Below are positions 1 through 12,640 of a stretch of 64,000 nt of DNA, piece by piece. The notes under the pieces were generated by a model that saw nothing but the letters and a program-made list of their open reading frames with translations, was not told the origin of the DNA and made no database searches. The DNA comes from Octopus vulgaris. Its lineage: Eukaryota. The number at the start of each line of letters is the position of its first letter. The first letter of the stretch is position 1. The stretch covers positions 136,524,001 through 136,588,000 of the forward strand of contig OX597814.1 of the NCBI GenBank assembly GCA_951406725.2, in the 5' to 3' direction. Position numbers and translations under genes: made by a program.

Positions 1-1120
1 CTCTTGAACTTCTATTTCAGAAAATAACAATGGCATGCCCTATGCTTACTAGCGAAATGAAAATGTATCCCGTGATTGTGCCATTGAAGGCTAAGCGTGG
101 TGATTTAGAAATTTCTCGTTTTCTGGAAGTGGCAAAATCTTTAATCTACAAGATTCGGTGTGAGTTAGAGAAAGAAGATGGAAGTGTATTACCCGCATCA
201 AAATGTAAAAAACATTCCAACCGCTCCGATTTTCTCAGGACACTTTAATTTATTCAGAAAAAATTAAACAAAATGTTGTAGACAATCCAGAAAAATCAAT
301 GAGGTCAATTGCAAAACAATTTCGTGTGTTAGAAAAAACGAAATAGAAATGTTGTGCACGAAGGCATCAGATACAAATCTTACGTGATGTGGAGAGGTCA
401 ATTTATGTCAATAAAGAAAGAAGGGAAACCGTTTAATCAGATCCAAAAGACATTTAAACAAACTTAAAAATACATCAGAAGATGGTGCGATTCGTTTTTT
501 CTAAGATGAGAAAAAACTTTGACCGGGACAAGAAAACTAAGAGAACAAATGACAGATGGCTATGTGCAGACCCTTCTGAGCTTCCAAGAGTAATGCACAC
601 AAACTTTCCTGCAAGTGTCATGGTTTTGGGTATTGTTAGCAATGAAGGACATGTGATGACTCCTCACTTTTTTCCACTGCGTATATTGAGGTTCTGGATA
701 AAGTTGTTAAGCCTTGGATCAACAGTGAATGCAATGGAAGGCCTTGTGTCTTTCAACAAGATTCTGCACCATCACACAAGACTCAAATGACACAAGAATG
801 GACGGCCGACAATTTGCATGAATACATCAGCCCTAACATTTGGCCTCCTAACTCTCCAAATCTCTATCCACTGGACTACTACGTGTGGAGCATCGCTGAG
901 AAAAATGTCAATTAACATCCCTATAGCATTAAAGATCCTCTGAAAGCCGCCATAGTTTGAGTCATGTCCGATAGGAACAAGGATCACCTAATCCGCTTGT
1001 AAACGATTTTGACACCGTTTTATGCCTATGTTATTTTTATAAAAATACAGTTTCTTTTCTCTTATTATATAAGCGTTTTTTTAAACCATAAAGCTGTCCT
1101 CAAATACTGTCCGCACCCTG
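1..1120 (+). mobile_element. Decayed Tc1/mariner-superfamily (DD37D/maT-like) transposon, 5' end outside window
   Basis: Broken transposase pieces: ORFs 30-248 and 482-790 (DRWLCADP...FPASVMVLGIVSNEGHVMTPHFF), then FQQDSAPSH and WPPNSPNLYPLDYYVW at ~750-890. Ends ...gtccgcaccctg followed by TA at 1120. Confidence 0.85.
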
Positions 1121-1173
1121 TATATATATATATATATATATATATATCAGGTTGAAAAGGAACACACGAGTTG

Positions 1174-1219
<46 letters not shown>

Positions 1220-1221
<2 letters not shown>

Positions 1222-2238
1222 AAAAAAGTCAAGGTAGGAAATGCTAAAATATTTTATAAAAAACATTTCAGACCAGTTTCGGTCATTGAGACTTTTTCAA
1301 CTGTAAGTATGGAAAACAATTAAATTTTGGAAAAGTTAAATACTCTTTTTACTCTTTTACTTGTTTCAGTCATTTGACTGCGGCCATGCTGGAGCACCGC
1401 CTTTAGTCGACCAAATCGACCCCGGGACTTATTCTTTGTAAGCCCAGTACTTATTCTATCGGTCTCTTTTGCCGAACCGCTAAGTGACGGGGACGTAAAC
1501 ACACCAGCATCGGTTATCAAGCAATGCTAGGGGGACAAACACAGACACACAAACACACACAGACATATATATATACATATATACGACAGGCTTCTTTCAG
1601 TTTCCGTCTACCAAATCCACTCACAAGGCATTGGTCGGCCCGGGGCTATAGCAGAAGACATTTGCCCAAGATGCCACGCAGTGGGACTGAACCCGGAACC
1701 ATGTGGTTGGTTAGCAAGCTACTTACCACACAGCCACTCCTGCGCCTATGAAAAGTTTTCCAAAAGAATATTTGCATAGTATTTAAATACAAGGGGCATT
1801 TTCCTTGTTTCTGCCTGTCTCTGTGTCTCTTCTTTACTCTTGTGGGTTCGAGGTCGTTGTGAATTCTTCTTCTTCTTCTTCATTTCTTCTTCTTCTTCTT
1901 CTTCTTCTTCTTCTTCTTCTTCTTCTTCTTCTTCTTCTTCTTCTTCTTCTTCTTCTTCTTCTTCTTCTTCTTCTTCTTCTTCTTCTTCTCTGCCAAGAAT
2001 TCACAACAACCTCGAACCCACAAGAGTAAACAAGAGAGACAGAGACAGGCAGAAACAAGGAAAATGCTCCTTGTGTTTGAATACTGTGCAAATATTCTTT
2101 TGAAAAAACTTTCATTTAATTTTTCCTAAATTTAATTATTTTCCATACTTACAGTTGAAAAAGTCTCGATGACCCAAACCGGTACTGAAATGTTTTTTAT
2201 AAAAGTATTTTAGCATTTCCTACCTTGACTTTTTTTCC
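1220..2238. mobile_element. Fold-back element with ~240-bp inverted arms around a (TTC)n core, flanked by (TA)n
   Basis: Left arm 1220-1341 plus 1748-1868 (split by a SINE) is the reverse complement of right arm 1995-2238. (TTC)n lies at 1864-1989. Confidence 0.85.
1342..1747 (-). mobile_element. tRNA-derived CORE-type SINE (family A, octopus OR1/OR2-like), full length
   Basis: On the minus strand: head ggcgcaggagtggctgtgtggtaag...ggttcagtccc, CORE-like cttgggcaa segment, internal (TA/TG)n, tail gactgaaacaagtaaaaga. More than 15 related copies in the window. Confidence 0.85.
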
Positions 2239-2256
2239 ATATATATATATATACAC

Positions 2257-2287
<31 letters not shown>

Positions 2288-2998
2288 TATGTATATGTGG
2301 GCAGAATTTAGGCTAGCTGAAATATGTTTGTGACATATGTTAGAGCGTGTGTGTGTACATATATCTATATAAGAATGTATGTTTGCATGTCTCTCTCTGC
2401 TAGTATGTTTGTATGTATGTATGTATGTATGTATGTATGTATGTATGTATGTATGCATGCATGTGTGTGACATCAATAATGTTTACATTATTAAAGCTGC
2501 TTCTTACACAAAATTGAATTTTATTTTACTTGTGCGGCGTTGTTGCACGCTATCTGAGTATACCTCAAACCAACGATTTGAATTCGTTCCTATGACGACT
2601 AGTGTACACGGACAGATGAGCTGCAATAACAAGTGAAATATAGATATCAACCGTTCTTATTCATGTACAAAGCGATTCGTTTCGCCTGGTTTTGAAATAC
2701 ACAATGTTTTTCTTTTTAACACTCGACGTCTTAAAGCAATTTTTCTTGGAAGAAATACCCCAGCATGAAAGTGTTTAAATAAAACACATATTAAAGTATG
2801 TGACGTTACTTCTAACTCAGTTTTTGAATTCCAGTCAGTTGCAGTAAAGTCCCACGTTTTTCTATCTCAACTTTTGAAAATCAGAGAAATCTGTGAAACC
2901 GGTGAGGTCTTTCAAAATTCTTTTCAAAAATCTAAACGAATCCTGCTGCATTTTCAACTACTTTTTTATATCTTTATCTGTATAGAATAAAATAACTG

Positions 2999-3074
<76 letters not shown>

Positions 3075-3256
3075 TGCGTGTGTGTGCGTGCATATATGTT
3101 TTTTTACTTATTATATATTGATTATTCATTTTTATACTTTTTGAGATCTAGTTGTATGTTTTATAAAAATATTTTTTATTTGTTATTTATGTTTTGGTTT
3201 ATGTCTATCACTGTTTGAGTTGCATGATAGTTGTTTTATCTCTAATTTACATTTTA

Positions 3257-3308
<52 letters not shown>

Positions 3309-3418
3309 AATGTGAGGATAAAGTTCTTTTCAAAAAAAAAATAATAATATTTTCTCGAAAAAAATTTTATCAATGGCCAGCATATTAAAAAATACCTTTA
3401 ACGGTTAAATTTATAAAC

Positions 3419-3875
3419 AATTCATAAATGAGGGCAAAGGAAAAAATTTCTAATGCCAAATATGCCGAAAAATTGGACATATTGTCCATTAACCATATAA
3501 TTCTTTCACAATACGCACGCTTCTGAGAGAGTCTCAGTTCAAATCGCACGTGCTTCGAATGGGCTGGAGTATTTCTATTTTGGATGTATTTGGGGTACTT
3601 AGTTGTGCCCATGACTTAGTATTTGCTTCTTCCATGGGTGCGAGTAAGTATCTCATTTATTTCTTTTGCCACATGTATCACTGACGAAGAGAGGGCTCTT
3701 AGTAGCTAACTCTGAAATCGGTCCGATATGGTAATAATGGAATTTTTAAGAAATTTCTGTCGACCTTTTTTCGAGCAGCGTGCGTATTGTGAAAGAATTA
3801 TATGGTTAATGGACAATATGTCCAATTTTTCGGCATATTTGGCATTAGAAATTTTTTCCTTTGCCCTCATTTATG

Positions 3876-3879
<4 letters not shown>
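3419..3879. repeat. Perfect 103-bp inverted repeat enclosing a hammerhead-like motif
   Basis: 3419-3521 is the exact reverse complement of 3777-3879. The ORF track shows the same peptide RAYCERIIWLMDNMSNFSAYLALEIFSFALIYEL on both strands. Confidence 0.95.
3676..3728 (+). ncRNA. Putative minimal type I hammerhead ribozyme
   Basis: tatc-a-CTGACGA-AGAG..loop..CTCT-GAAA-tcggT-C-c-gata. Intact CUGANGA and GAAA cores, stem II AGAG/CTCT, near-palindromic stem III, GUC cleavage triplet, stem I tatc/gata with the innermost pair mismatched. Confidence 0.6.
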
Positions 3880-3911
<32 letters not shown>

Positions 3912-5388
3912 CACTGCTTCACTGCGACTTAAGTATCGCTTACAGTTACATAAAATACAATTTGGACGACTTACTATTGCGTTACATCATTTTGTTTTTA
4001 TTTGTGATGCTGACACTTTACTTCTTGGTCAACATTATAGTAAACTCTGTGTTCTTGAGCTTTGCCGCTGTCAATTAACAGAAACTAATGAATGCGGTGC
4101 AGATTTCGCAATTATCATTGTATTTGCTGAATTTGATAGCTACACCATAATTACACACCTTATTACTAAACAACCGTAAACAAATATGCTCTCAAACAGT
4201 AACGGCAATCGTAGTCACAGCAGTAGAAACGGCTGCATCAACTGCAATAACAACTGCATCAGCAGCAGCTACAACAGCAGAAATAGCCATAATTTCAGCA
4301 GCAACAGTGGTGGTATCAACAGCAACGAACTATCAACGCTAATATGGAAGCCATCGCTTAACGAGAGCCTCTCACGAAGCTGGGAAATTTATGAATTTGT
4401 GAAGAGGCAATATTTAAATTAATTGTAAGGTAGCAGAAATGAGATATTGCTGAAACCATGACATGTTAGGGCGAAGAGTTAACTTTAAATAGGGTTTAAG
4501 ACGTTGCCATATAGTTAACACTTTACAACCTGCAGGGAGAATCGTTATAAACTAATTGGTTTTGCAAAGTGGCGTTATGTCAGAGATCACTGACTTAGTG
4601 AAGGAGTGCCAGTTCGCAAAGTATCTGACCTCAAAAGCAATGACGTCATTGACATCCTTTTAGAATGGGGGTTCGTTCAAGCTCAACAACATCTTAAGTA
4701 TTCTTTCAAATTAACGTAGAAACTGAGATTAGAGTTATAATAATGTGCAGAGCTTCGACTATTGTTCGCACGTGTTATTATTGTTGTTATCGCTCTTTAG
4801 CCCTTGGGTCCGTACAGATCCAGTAGGCCTTTGATTAGAAGGAGGTATTCCAGCTGTGATTATCTTGTCCTGATAATCTCCGCTCGGTAACTATGTAATA
4901 AGGGTGGCTAGTACTACATAATCCATTCTGCTCTATTCTTAAGCGGTCGGATGTAATTTGAAGGACGTCTAGCTGCTATTTCTAGCATCTGGATGTAGCT
5001 TCGGTTGGTAGTTATGTGTACAATGTATGGCATGTTTATATGTATTGTGTCATATGGTCCTTCGAACGGCATTCACTAAAAGCGTATGTATGCGTGCATG
5101 AGTGTGCATACGCATGCGTATAATTTATATATGTATACTAAAATACATGTATGTGTGTGCATGTATGCATGCGTGTGTGTGTGTGTGCATGTATATATGT
5201 ATGTAGGTAATGAAAACAATAAGAAAAGAAAACAATTCTTAGAGAACTTTATCATGGGAAATAGAAAGAAAAATTGAAATAAATTTAATTACATTTTCCT
5301 CATATATATGAGGGTGTATGTATGCGATGTTATAAAACAGTGGGACAAATGCAAATCAGCAACTTAAAACCAAGACGACATATATTCC

Positions 5389-5487
<99 letters not shown>

Positions 5488-5501
5488 CATATGTATATAT
5501 A

Positions 5502-5530
<29 letters not shown>

Positions 5531-5535
<5 letters not shown>

Positions 5536-6341
5536 CTACATATGTGGGAAATTCTGTCTGTAGGTGTGTTCGTGGAATTGTTAGCTAACTTCCCCCTACA
5601 TCGTTTTATCGGTTTTAATGAAACTTGGCATGTGAGAAGAATTCATGTCTGGAAACCTCAGGGCATGCTCAGATTGTTAAAAGAATCGATAATAGGGACC
5701 CTGGAAGGGATCCTTATGTATAGCCAAGGGAACTAACCCATTTATTTTCCTAAATTGTTTGGTAAAATGGAAATTGAGTATGCTTATTTCTTGGTATTTG
5801 AACTGTTAGAGTTATTTTCGCAATTTACTGAAACAAGTAAATAACATTTTTCTAAACAATAGATCCACTTATTTCGTTTAGTAACTTATTCACGATCATA
5901 CCAACACGAGCGTCCCTGGAAACGCACAAAAAACCCTTTTCAGAATTATTTACTTTGAATTGTTATTATCTTATATTTGATTAGCCTGTTATTATGTAAT
6001 ATGCTTCACGACTTTAGTATACATACCTTATTAGTATTTCCACTTATGTTCTATATACTCTGGGAACGCATTAAAGTCCTTTTCGGGGCTACTTTATTCG
6101 AATTCTTACTATCGGGTAACTAATTTCATGTTACTACATAACTGACTTTACAATTTCGGTATTCATAACTTATTGGGAATTCTTAAAAACAAGATCCTTG
6201 TAAGAGAGTTCGGTATTCTCTGCAAATGCATAAAAAACATTTTAATGGCTGCATACTTTGTTACTGGATTAGCGAAACAATTATGAGAACGGAACCAAGG
6301 GATAAGCCCCCCCTTCTTGGGAATTACCGGGTATGTAGCTA

Positions 6342-6342
<1 letters not shown>
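5531..6342 (+). mobile_element. Non-autonomous Helitron/Helentron-like element
   Basis: Starts tatactacata...tctgtctgt, carries a ttaatgaaacttggcatg motif, and ends accgggtatgtagCTAG|T. Confidence 0.45.
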
Positions 6343-6383
<41 letters not shown>

Positions 6384-6396
6384 ATATTATAAACTG

Positions 6397-7740
6397 TAAA
6401 CGACAGAACAATGAGAACAAAACAGTAAAAACAAATGATGAGGGCTGTTAAGTCAAGACGATGGAAAAATTATTGTGACCGCTTAAGGAGACAGCTTATG
6501 AAAGAGACAGAATAAGCTAGTCTGATCTTGGTGAAGATAACAGGTGGAAAGATGGCTTCCCTCTGATCACGTTTTAGTGACGAGAGAGTCGAGGAGGAGG
6601 AGGAGGAGGAGGAGAAGAAGGAGTAAGAGAGAGGGAACGGTGAAGGAGAGAGGAGAAGAATAGGGAAGGGTAGGAGAGAAAACCAGAAAGGATGAAGAAG
6701 AGAGGGAGAGAGATGTGTTCCACGTTTTTTATATCCTGCACCCATATATGCATATATATAAACATATATATGTAGGTATGTACATACATGTATGTATATA
6801 TGCATATATCATTTATATTATTATATGATCGAACGCAACGCACCCTTTTCTAAGTGAGTTTTATCTTAATAATTATGATGCGCACTCTTCTCCTTTACTA
6901 TTCCTTCTCTGTCTATCTCTCCCTCTCTTGTTCTTCATCCTTTCTGGTTTTCTCTCCCACCCTTCCCTATTCTTCTCCTCTCCCCTTCACTGTTCCCTCT
7001 CTCTTCCTCCTTCTCCTCCTCCTCCTCCTCCTCCTCGACTCTCTCGTCACTAAAACGTGATCAGAGGGAAGCCATCTTTCCAACTGCTATCTTCACCAAG
7101 ACCAGATCATCTTATCCTGTCTCTTTCATAAGCTGTCTCCTTAAGCGGTCACAATAATTTTTCCATCGTCTTGGCTTAACAGCCCTCATCGTTTGTTTTT
7201 ACTGTTTTGTTCTCATTGTTCTGTCTTTTAGTGTTTTTACTTTATATTGTTTTTACTGTTTTGTCTTCACTGCCCTGTTCTTGTTACCACTTTCAAACTC
7301 TGCAAAAAACCCCAAATTTTATTTAATTTGCTTTGCGGGAAGAACTGTTTCAACGGAGTTACATCTTGTCCTTACCTTCGGAACGCGGAGCAGATGAAAC
7401 AGGGACAACTGAAGAAGGGGAATATTCCTTGTGTTATATGTCTTGTACTCTGTTTTTTTTCGTTGTTTGAAAAAGTTCATTTCTATGTTTTTGTTTTTAT
7501 GTTTTCGTTTCTCATTGTGTTCCACGCTTTTTTTTTATGTACTGTACCCATAAATGCATGTATATATACATATATATATAGGAATGTACATGTATGTATA
7601 AATGCATATATTTATATATTTGATTTTTGATTTGATTTTGATTTTTCTAGTTTCAGCTAATGAGCTGTGGCCATGCTGGGGCACCGCCATATTATTTATA
7701 TTATTATATGATCGAACCTTTTCCAAGTAAGTTTTATATA
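6397..7740. mobile_element. Penelope-like non-autonomous element with ~315-bp inverted arm plus direct pseudo-LTR-like repeat
   Basis: 6397-6714 is an inverted copy of 6915-7230. 6715-6860 is a direct copy of ~7517-7740. The 7240-7560 body recurs in reverse at 63260-63600. Confidence 0.65.
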
Positions 7741-7789
7741 CATACGTTATATTAGAGGAGAAGGACAGCAAAAACCAAGGCAGGACGGG

Positions 7790-8632
7790 TATCTGAAGTC
7801 ATTTAGAATATTTAATTAAAGTAAGGTGAATCTGAAGTCTTACAGCTGTTTCTGAAATATCCCAAGTGACAGGCTAGCATGTCCGTACACTGAGTATACC
7901 GTCGTAGGACACAAGGTGAGTATGTATGGAAGTTCTAGACAGGAAAATTCTGAGTTTTATAAGGAATAAAATGGTAGATACAAGAATAAAGAGTAAAACA
8001 GTAGATAGAAGAATATAGACAGAATAAAGTTTACAGCTCATCTTTTCCCAGGGGGTATAAAGATTGGTACTTACTTCCTTGAAGATATAGGCCCTTAGGA
8101 ATAATCCTAGGTAAATCCAGACAGTATTTTGAATGTTGCTTTCATGTTGAAGGAATAGATTAAGCGGGTAGCTAGTATGAAAATGGTCCATGTGGGTATA
8201 TAGAGTGAGAAAGACAGATATGGGTTGTGAGTCAGTGAATAGAAGAGAGAGGGGAAAGAGAGAAAAGAAAGGAATTGGATAGGTGTGGAAAACAATAAAT
8301 GTGAGCGTAAGTTTTAAAAAAAATTTTAAGTAAAAAAAATCAAAATCAGAAAATAAAAAATAAAGATAAGATACCAGTATTATTCTTCGTAAAAGTCGGT
8401 TCGAGTTGAGAGGTCAGGCGTTAAGGTTTTTCACGGATGTACGGACGAATCTGCATACCCTCTGGAAAAAGATGAGCTGTGGACTTTATTCTCCTGTCTC
8501 TATCTTCAATCTACTGTTTTACTCTTTATTCATTTCTCTACTATTTTATTCCTTATAAACTCTGAATTTCCCTGTCTAGAACATTCGTCCATACTCACCT
8601 TATCTCTGTATGATGCGTCTCAGTATGTAGGT
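7790..8632. repeat. Diverged ~185-bp inverted repeat element
   Basis: ~7880-8065 is inverted relative to ~8448-8632. A gaaacagctgta palindromic motif lies on the minus strand at ~7841-7852. Confidence 0.7.
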
Positions 8633-9179
8633 GTTCGCGCCGACAAATTTGCTTTTTATTTATATATTTATATAGGCACAGGAGTGGTTGTGTGGCAAGA
8701 AGCTTGCTTCTGAACCACATGTTTCTGGATTCAGTTCTTGAATTTTGAAATGTAGCGGGGTCCAAGGAACTTTTCCAAATGAGTCATCTTTCCATATTAT
8801 AAAGACCATACTTGCCACTACCGTTGGTATAAGGCTTACACTTGGGAAAGATCCAAAACACTTTAAATTAAACAAATTACAGATGTCAAATCAAAAGGCA
8901 ATGGTAAATGTACAGACTTGGTAAATGTGCTGATAATGATAAATGTACAGTCATCGAGTTGATTTCTTCTGTTACAAACACATCAAGGCAGTGCTCCAGC
9001 ATGGCGCAGTCAAATGACCAAAACAGGTAAAAGAACAGAACAATAAAAAAAAAATATGTATATTAAATTCCACTATGCTCGTAAGCTACAGTATCTGAAA
9101 GGTATTTGTAGAAATTTTCGTAAAAAATTATCCATTTTTCTGAAAGTGATGAGAAGAACTAAGTTCATAGGGAAATACA

Positions 9180-9605
9180 TTTATTCTTTTATTTGTCTCA
9201 GTCATTTGACTGCGGCCATGCTGGAGCACCACCTCGTAACGTTTTCGTCGGACAATTCGACCTCAATACTTATTTTGTAAAGCCTTGTACTTAATCTAAT
9301 GGTTCCTTTGCCAACATCGGTTGTCAAGCGATGAAAGGGTACAAACACTGACACAAAGGCACGCACTCAGACATATACTAGACACACACAAACACACACA
9401 CACATACACACACACACAGAGTCACAAATGTATATATATACGACGGGCTTCTTTCAGTTTCCGTCTACAAAATCCACTCACAAAGTTTTGGTCGGCCCGT
9501 AGCTATAGTAGAAGACACTCGCCCAAGGTGCCACGAAGTGGGGTTGAACCTGGAACCTTGAAGTTGGGAAGCAAACTTCTTCCCACACAGCCACACTTGC
9601 GCTTA
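9180..9605 (-). mobile_element. SINE family A copy
   Basis: Same sequence blocks as 1342-1747. Confidence 0.85.
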
Positions 9606-10123
9606 TCCATAAATCATCGGAGCCGGTTGTTTTACGAACAGGTTGCAGAAAGCTAACTTGTCGTTTACGAGAGGAGAGTCTACCGCACGCGTCTGTAGAA
9701 TCCTCCGCTACTTAGCAAAGAGAAGGTAGAGATCAGTCGACAATATTCTACGTGTCGTCGAAAACGACGGAGATCCATTAGCAGGTGGTCAGTATGTGCA
9801 AAGCTAGTGATAATGCGAATTGAGTTGTATGCTGTTTGTAGTTTTCTGTGATTCCTTACATAAAGATTGGTGGCCATAGGCAGAGCTGGCATAATCCATA
9901 ATGGTTCGGATGTTAGGTTGTCACTATTGTTGTTTCTTTGTTTGCTAAATGAAGTGCCAAAATTCTAAATGTGCTTGTACATCTACTTCGTTTTTAGAAT
10001 CACATTAGATTACAACTTTTCAATTTGAAAATACTCACTCGCACATATATACATACACACGCATGCGACACCCTCATTCCACATACATACATACATACAT
10101 ACATACATACATACATACATACA

Positions 10124-10157
<34 letters not shown>

Positions 10158-11399
10158 CATACATACATACATACATACATACATACATGCATAGGCATAC
10201 ATATACATGTATATGCATGTATGTGTATATACATATCTGTGTGTGTATATATATATATATAATATATAATATATAATAAATAATATATATAATATATATA
10301 TATAAACATAAATATATACATATATATACATATAACATATATAAGTTTTTCTATCTATACTACAATAATGGAGAAAGCTGCTTATTGATTAGCTATGTAA
10401 CAATTACTAAAAGTACTAACAGAAAGCAATTATCAAAGGAAATATTTTTATAAATTCATGTTTTAAGAAATTTGTTTCTTTATTGCCCACAAGGGGCTAA
10501 CATAGAGGGGACAGCACAGCCTGATCGGGGTCAGACATACAGATGAATATAATTAAAAATTCAAAAGCAGTTATTATGAAATCGAATGAAAATACGACAC
10601 AAAAGACAAAATTACAAACACACAATGAAGCAGTAAAAACAGTTTAAACTCCGACCCCACAAACCCTATTCTCCTACCGGAACCTTTCATTAAGCTTTAT
10701 GATATGTTCATAGGGAGTCTTTCACGCGCAAAATTCGTGCTACACGCATCCATCTGTCTTTGAATATACTATCCGATAGGTATTTTCTCTCCAGCCCCAC
10801 TTTCTTTTTCAGGTGAAAGGTGAAGAATCTCATCAACCCTCGGTAACATTGCCAAGCCAGAGATATTTGGAAGTTATGCAAAGTCCTCGGCCCGAGTATC
10901 CTTTGAAACAGACTGTCTAACTGGTTATCATCGAGACCCAGGGTCTCCTCCAGGGCATCATCGTTTCTAGCCTCTACCACCCTGCTATAGAAAAATGCGG
11001 TGGTACTAAAACCGCTAGAACTACCCGATTCACGGAACAGTAGGAGGACATTACGACACTCCGTAAACCATGTACCCAACCTCGATTTTCGACGAAACCA
11101 GCTTTCTCGTCCACCGAAACTAGTGAACCTTGGAGACATCCGTTTCGCAAGCGGAGACCACACCCGTTCACCATCCAGGAGAAGCCAGAGGTGCCTCAAC
11201 CTCACCGTATGCTTGCACATCATCAATCAGGCATCCTTAGTCTTCCCTTCAACGGCTTCTGACAGCAGATAGAACGCCTTACAAGTGGAGTCGGGCCCTT
11301 CCACAAAAAGCGGAAGATTTGTCTCTCCTGCTTGCTCAAACACGAATTAGGACATGGAACAACGGTTAGGCGGTAAATGATGACCGATACGATAAACAC

Positions 11400-12640
11400 A
11401 TTGGCCACCTATCTTTCAAGGATAGCCACCGCCAAGACCAGGTCTTGACTGTGAGGGTCACCTTGCTCGATACCTCTGCCTAGTTCTTTTCTACTAGGAG
11501 TTCTGAGCCAAATCAGACTTCTAGCAACTTAACCAGGCCTTCCGTCTAACGTCCCACGACACTATTCGAAGGCATCGACTTGCCACTCCAGGTGCCAAGT
11601 TGCAAGCCGACTGATTTTTCCCGGCTAATCTTTGCTCCTTCCATCATCTCGTAAATCTTAATGGTTTCGCCTATCCTCTGCAGGTGTTCTATCTTGGTCA
11701 TGATGATGGTAATGTCAGTCGCATATGCTGAAACCAATCCTCCATCAACTAGTTTCCTCGGGATGCCACTCAACTTTTGTAGTAACAACTCCAGAGCAAT
11801 CACATACAAAAGCGGCGAGAGCGGACATTTTTCGTGAATCGAACATTTAATACACAACAGCTTAGAAAGAAAGCCGTTCACCCGAACGATCGAGTCGATG
11901 TTGTCATATAACTGTATGATCCACCTGAGGAAGCCAAAACCGAGCCTGAACTGCGCGAGAACGGACACGAGATAGCGATAGTCAACCCTATCGAATGTTT
12001 TGGATTGGTCTAAATGCCAGAATCGTTACCAAACGTAACATATAACATGTAACATATAAGATGGAGATTATCCTGGATGCTTCTGCTGGGGATAATACAA
12101 GTCTGTGCCTTGCCGATCACACCATCCACGACATGCGCCAATCTTTTTGCTATCACCTTGACCAAAATCTTCAACTCTGTATTTAGCAGTGATGGGACTA
12201 AAATTATCTATTCTATCTCCCTTGTCCGGGTCCTTTCTGACCAGAGTCACCACTCTCCGGCGTACAGATCTGGGAATCATCCCGTTCTGCTGCCAGTTCG
12301 CGTAAACTCCGGCCAATATGTGCCCGAACAAGTCTGGCATACTTTTATACAATTCGTACGGCAGACCATCAAAACCCGCGCCTTATCAACTCTGCAGTCT
12401 GCTATAGTCTCTATCATCTCCTCAGGTGTGATCGACTCTTCACAGTACTCCCTCCGTATCCCACCCCAAGAGACGAGGAAGCCCGACGAGGAAGTCCGTA
12501 ATGTCAACCTACTATCCGGTCAATCGCTACTCCCGAAAAGCTGGGCGAAGCACTCCTGAAAAGTCTTACTCATTTCTCAGGTTCGTTTACCAACTCACCT
12601 TGTAGGTTCTCCGAAGATCGAATTGTGGAATCATTTCCAC
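11400..12640 (-). pseudogene. Tx1/L1 ORF2 reverse transcriptase fragments
   Basis: ORFs 11546-11968, 12068-12352 and 12277-12507 carry RT motifs and are joined by frameshifts. Confidence 0.85.

Noticed and set aside
1524-1751. Recurrent [18 protein letters not shown]...[17 protein letters not shown] in several places
   Set aside because: This is the antisense translation of SINE family A, not a gene family.
8725-8985. Unique-looking insert between SINE A head and tail fragments
   Set aside because: No recognisable motif, terminal repeat or sustained ORF.
9610-9900. Higher-complexity stretch that could be an exon
   Set aside because: No convincing ORF similarity or splice context could be established by eye.
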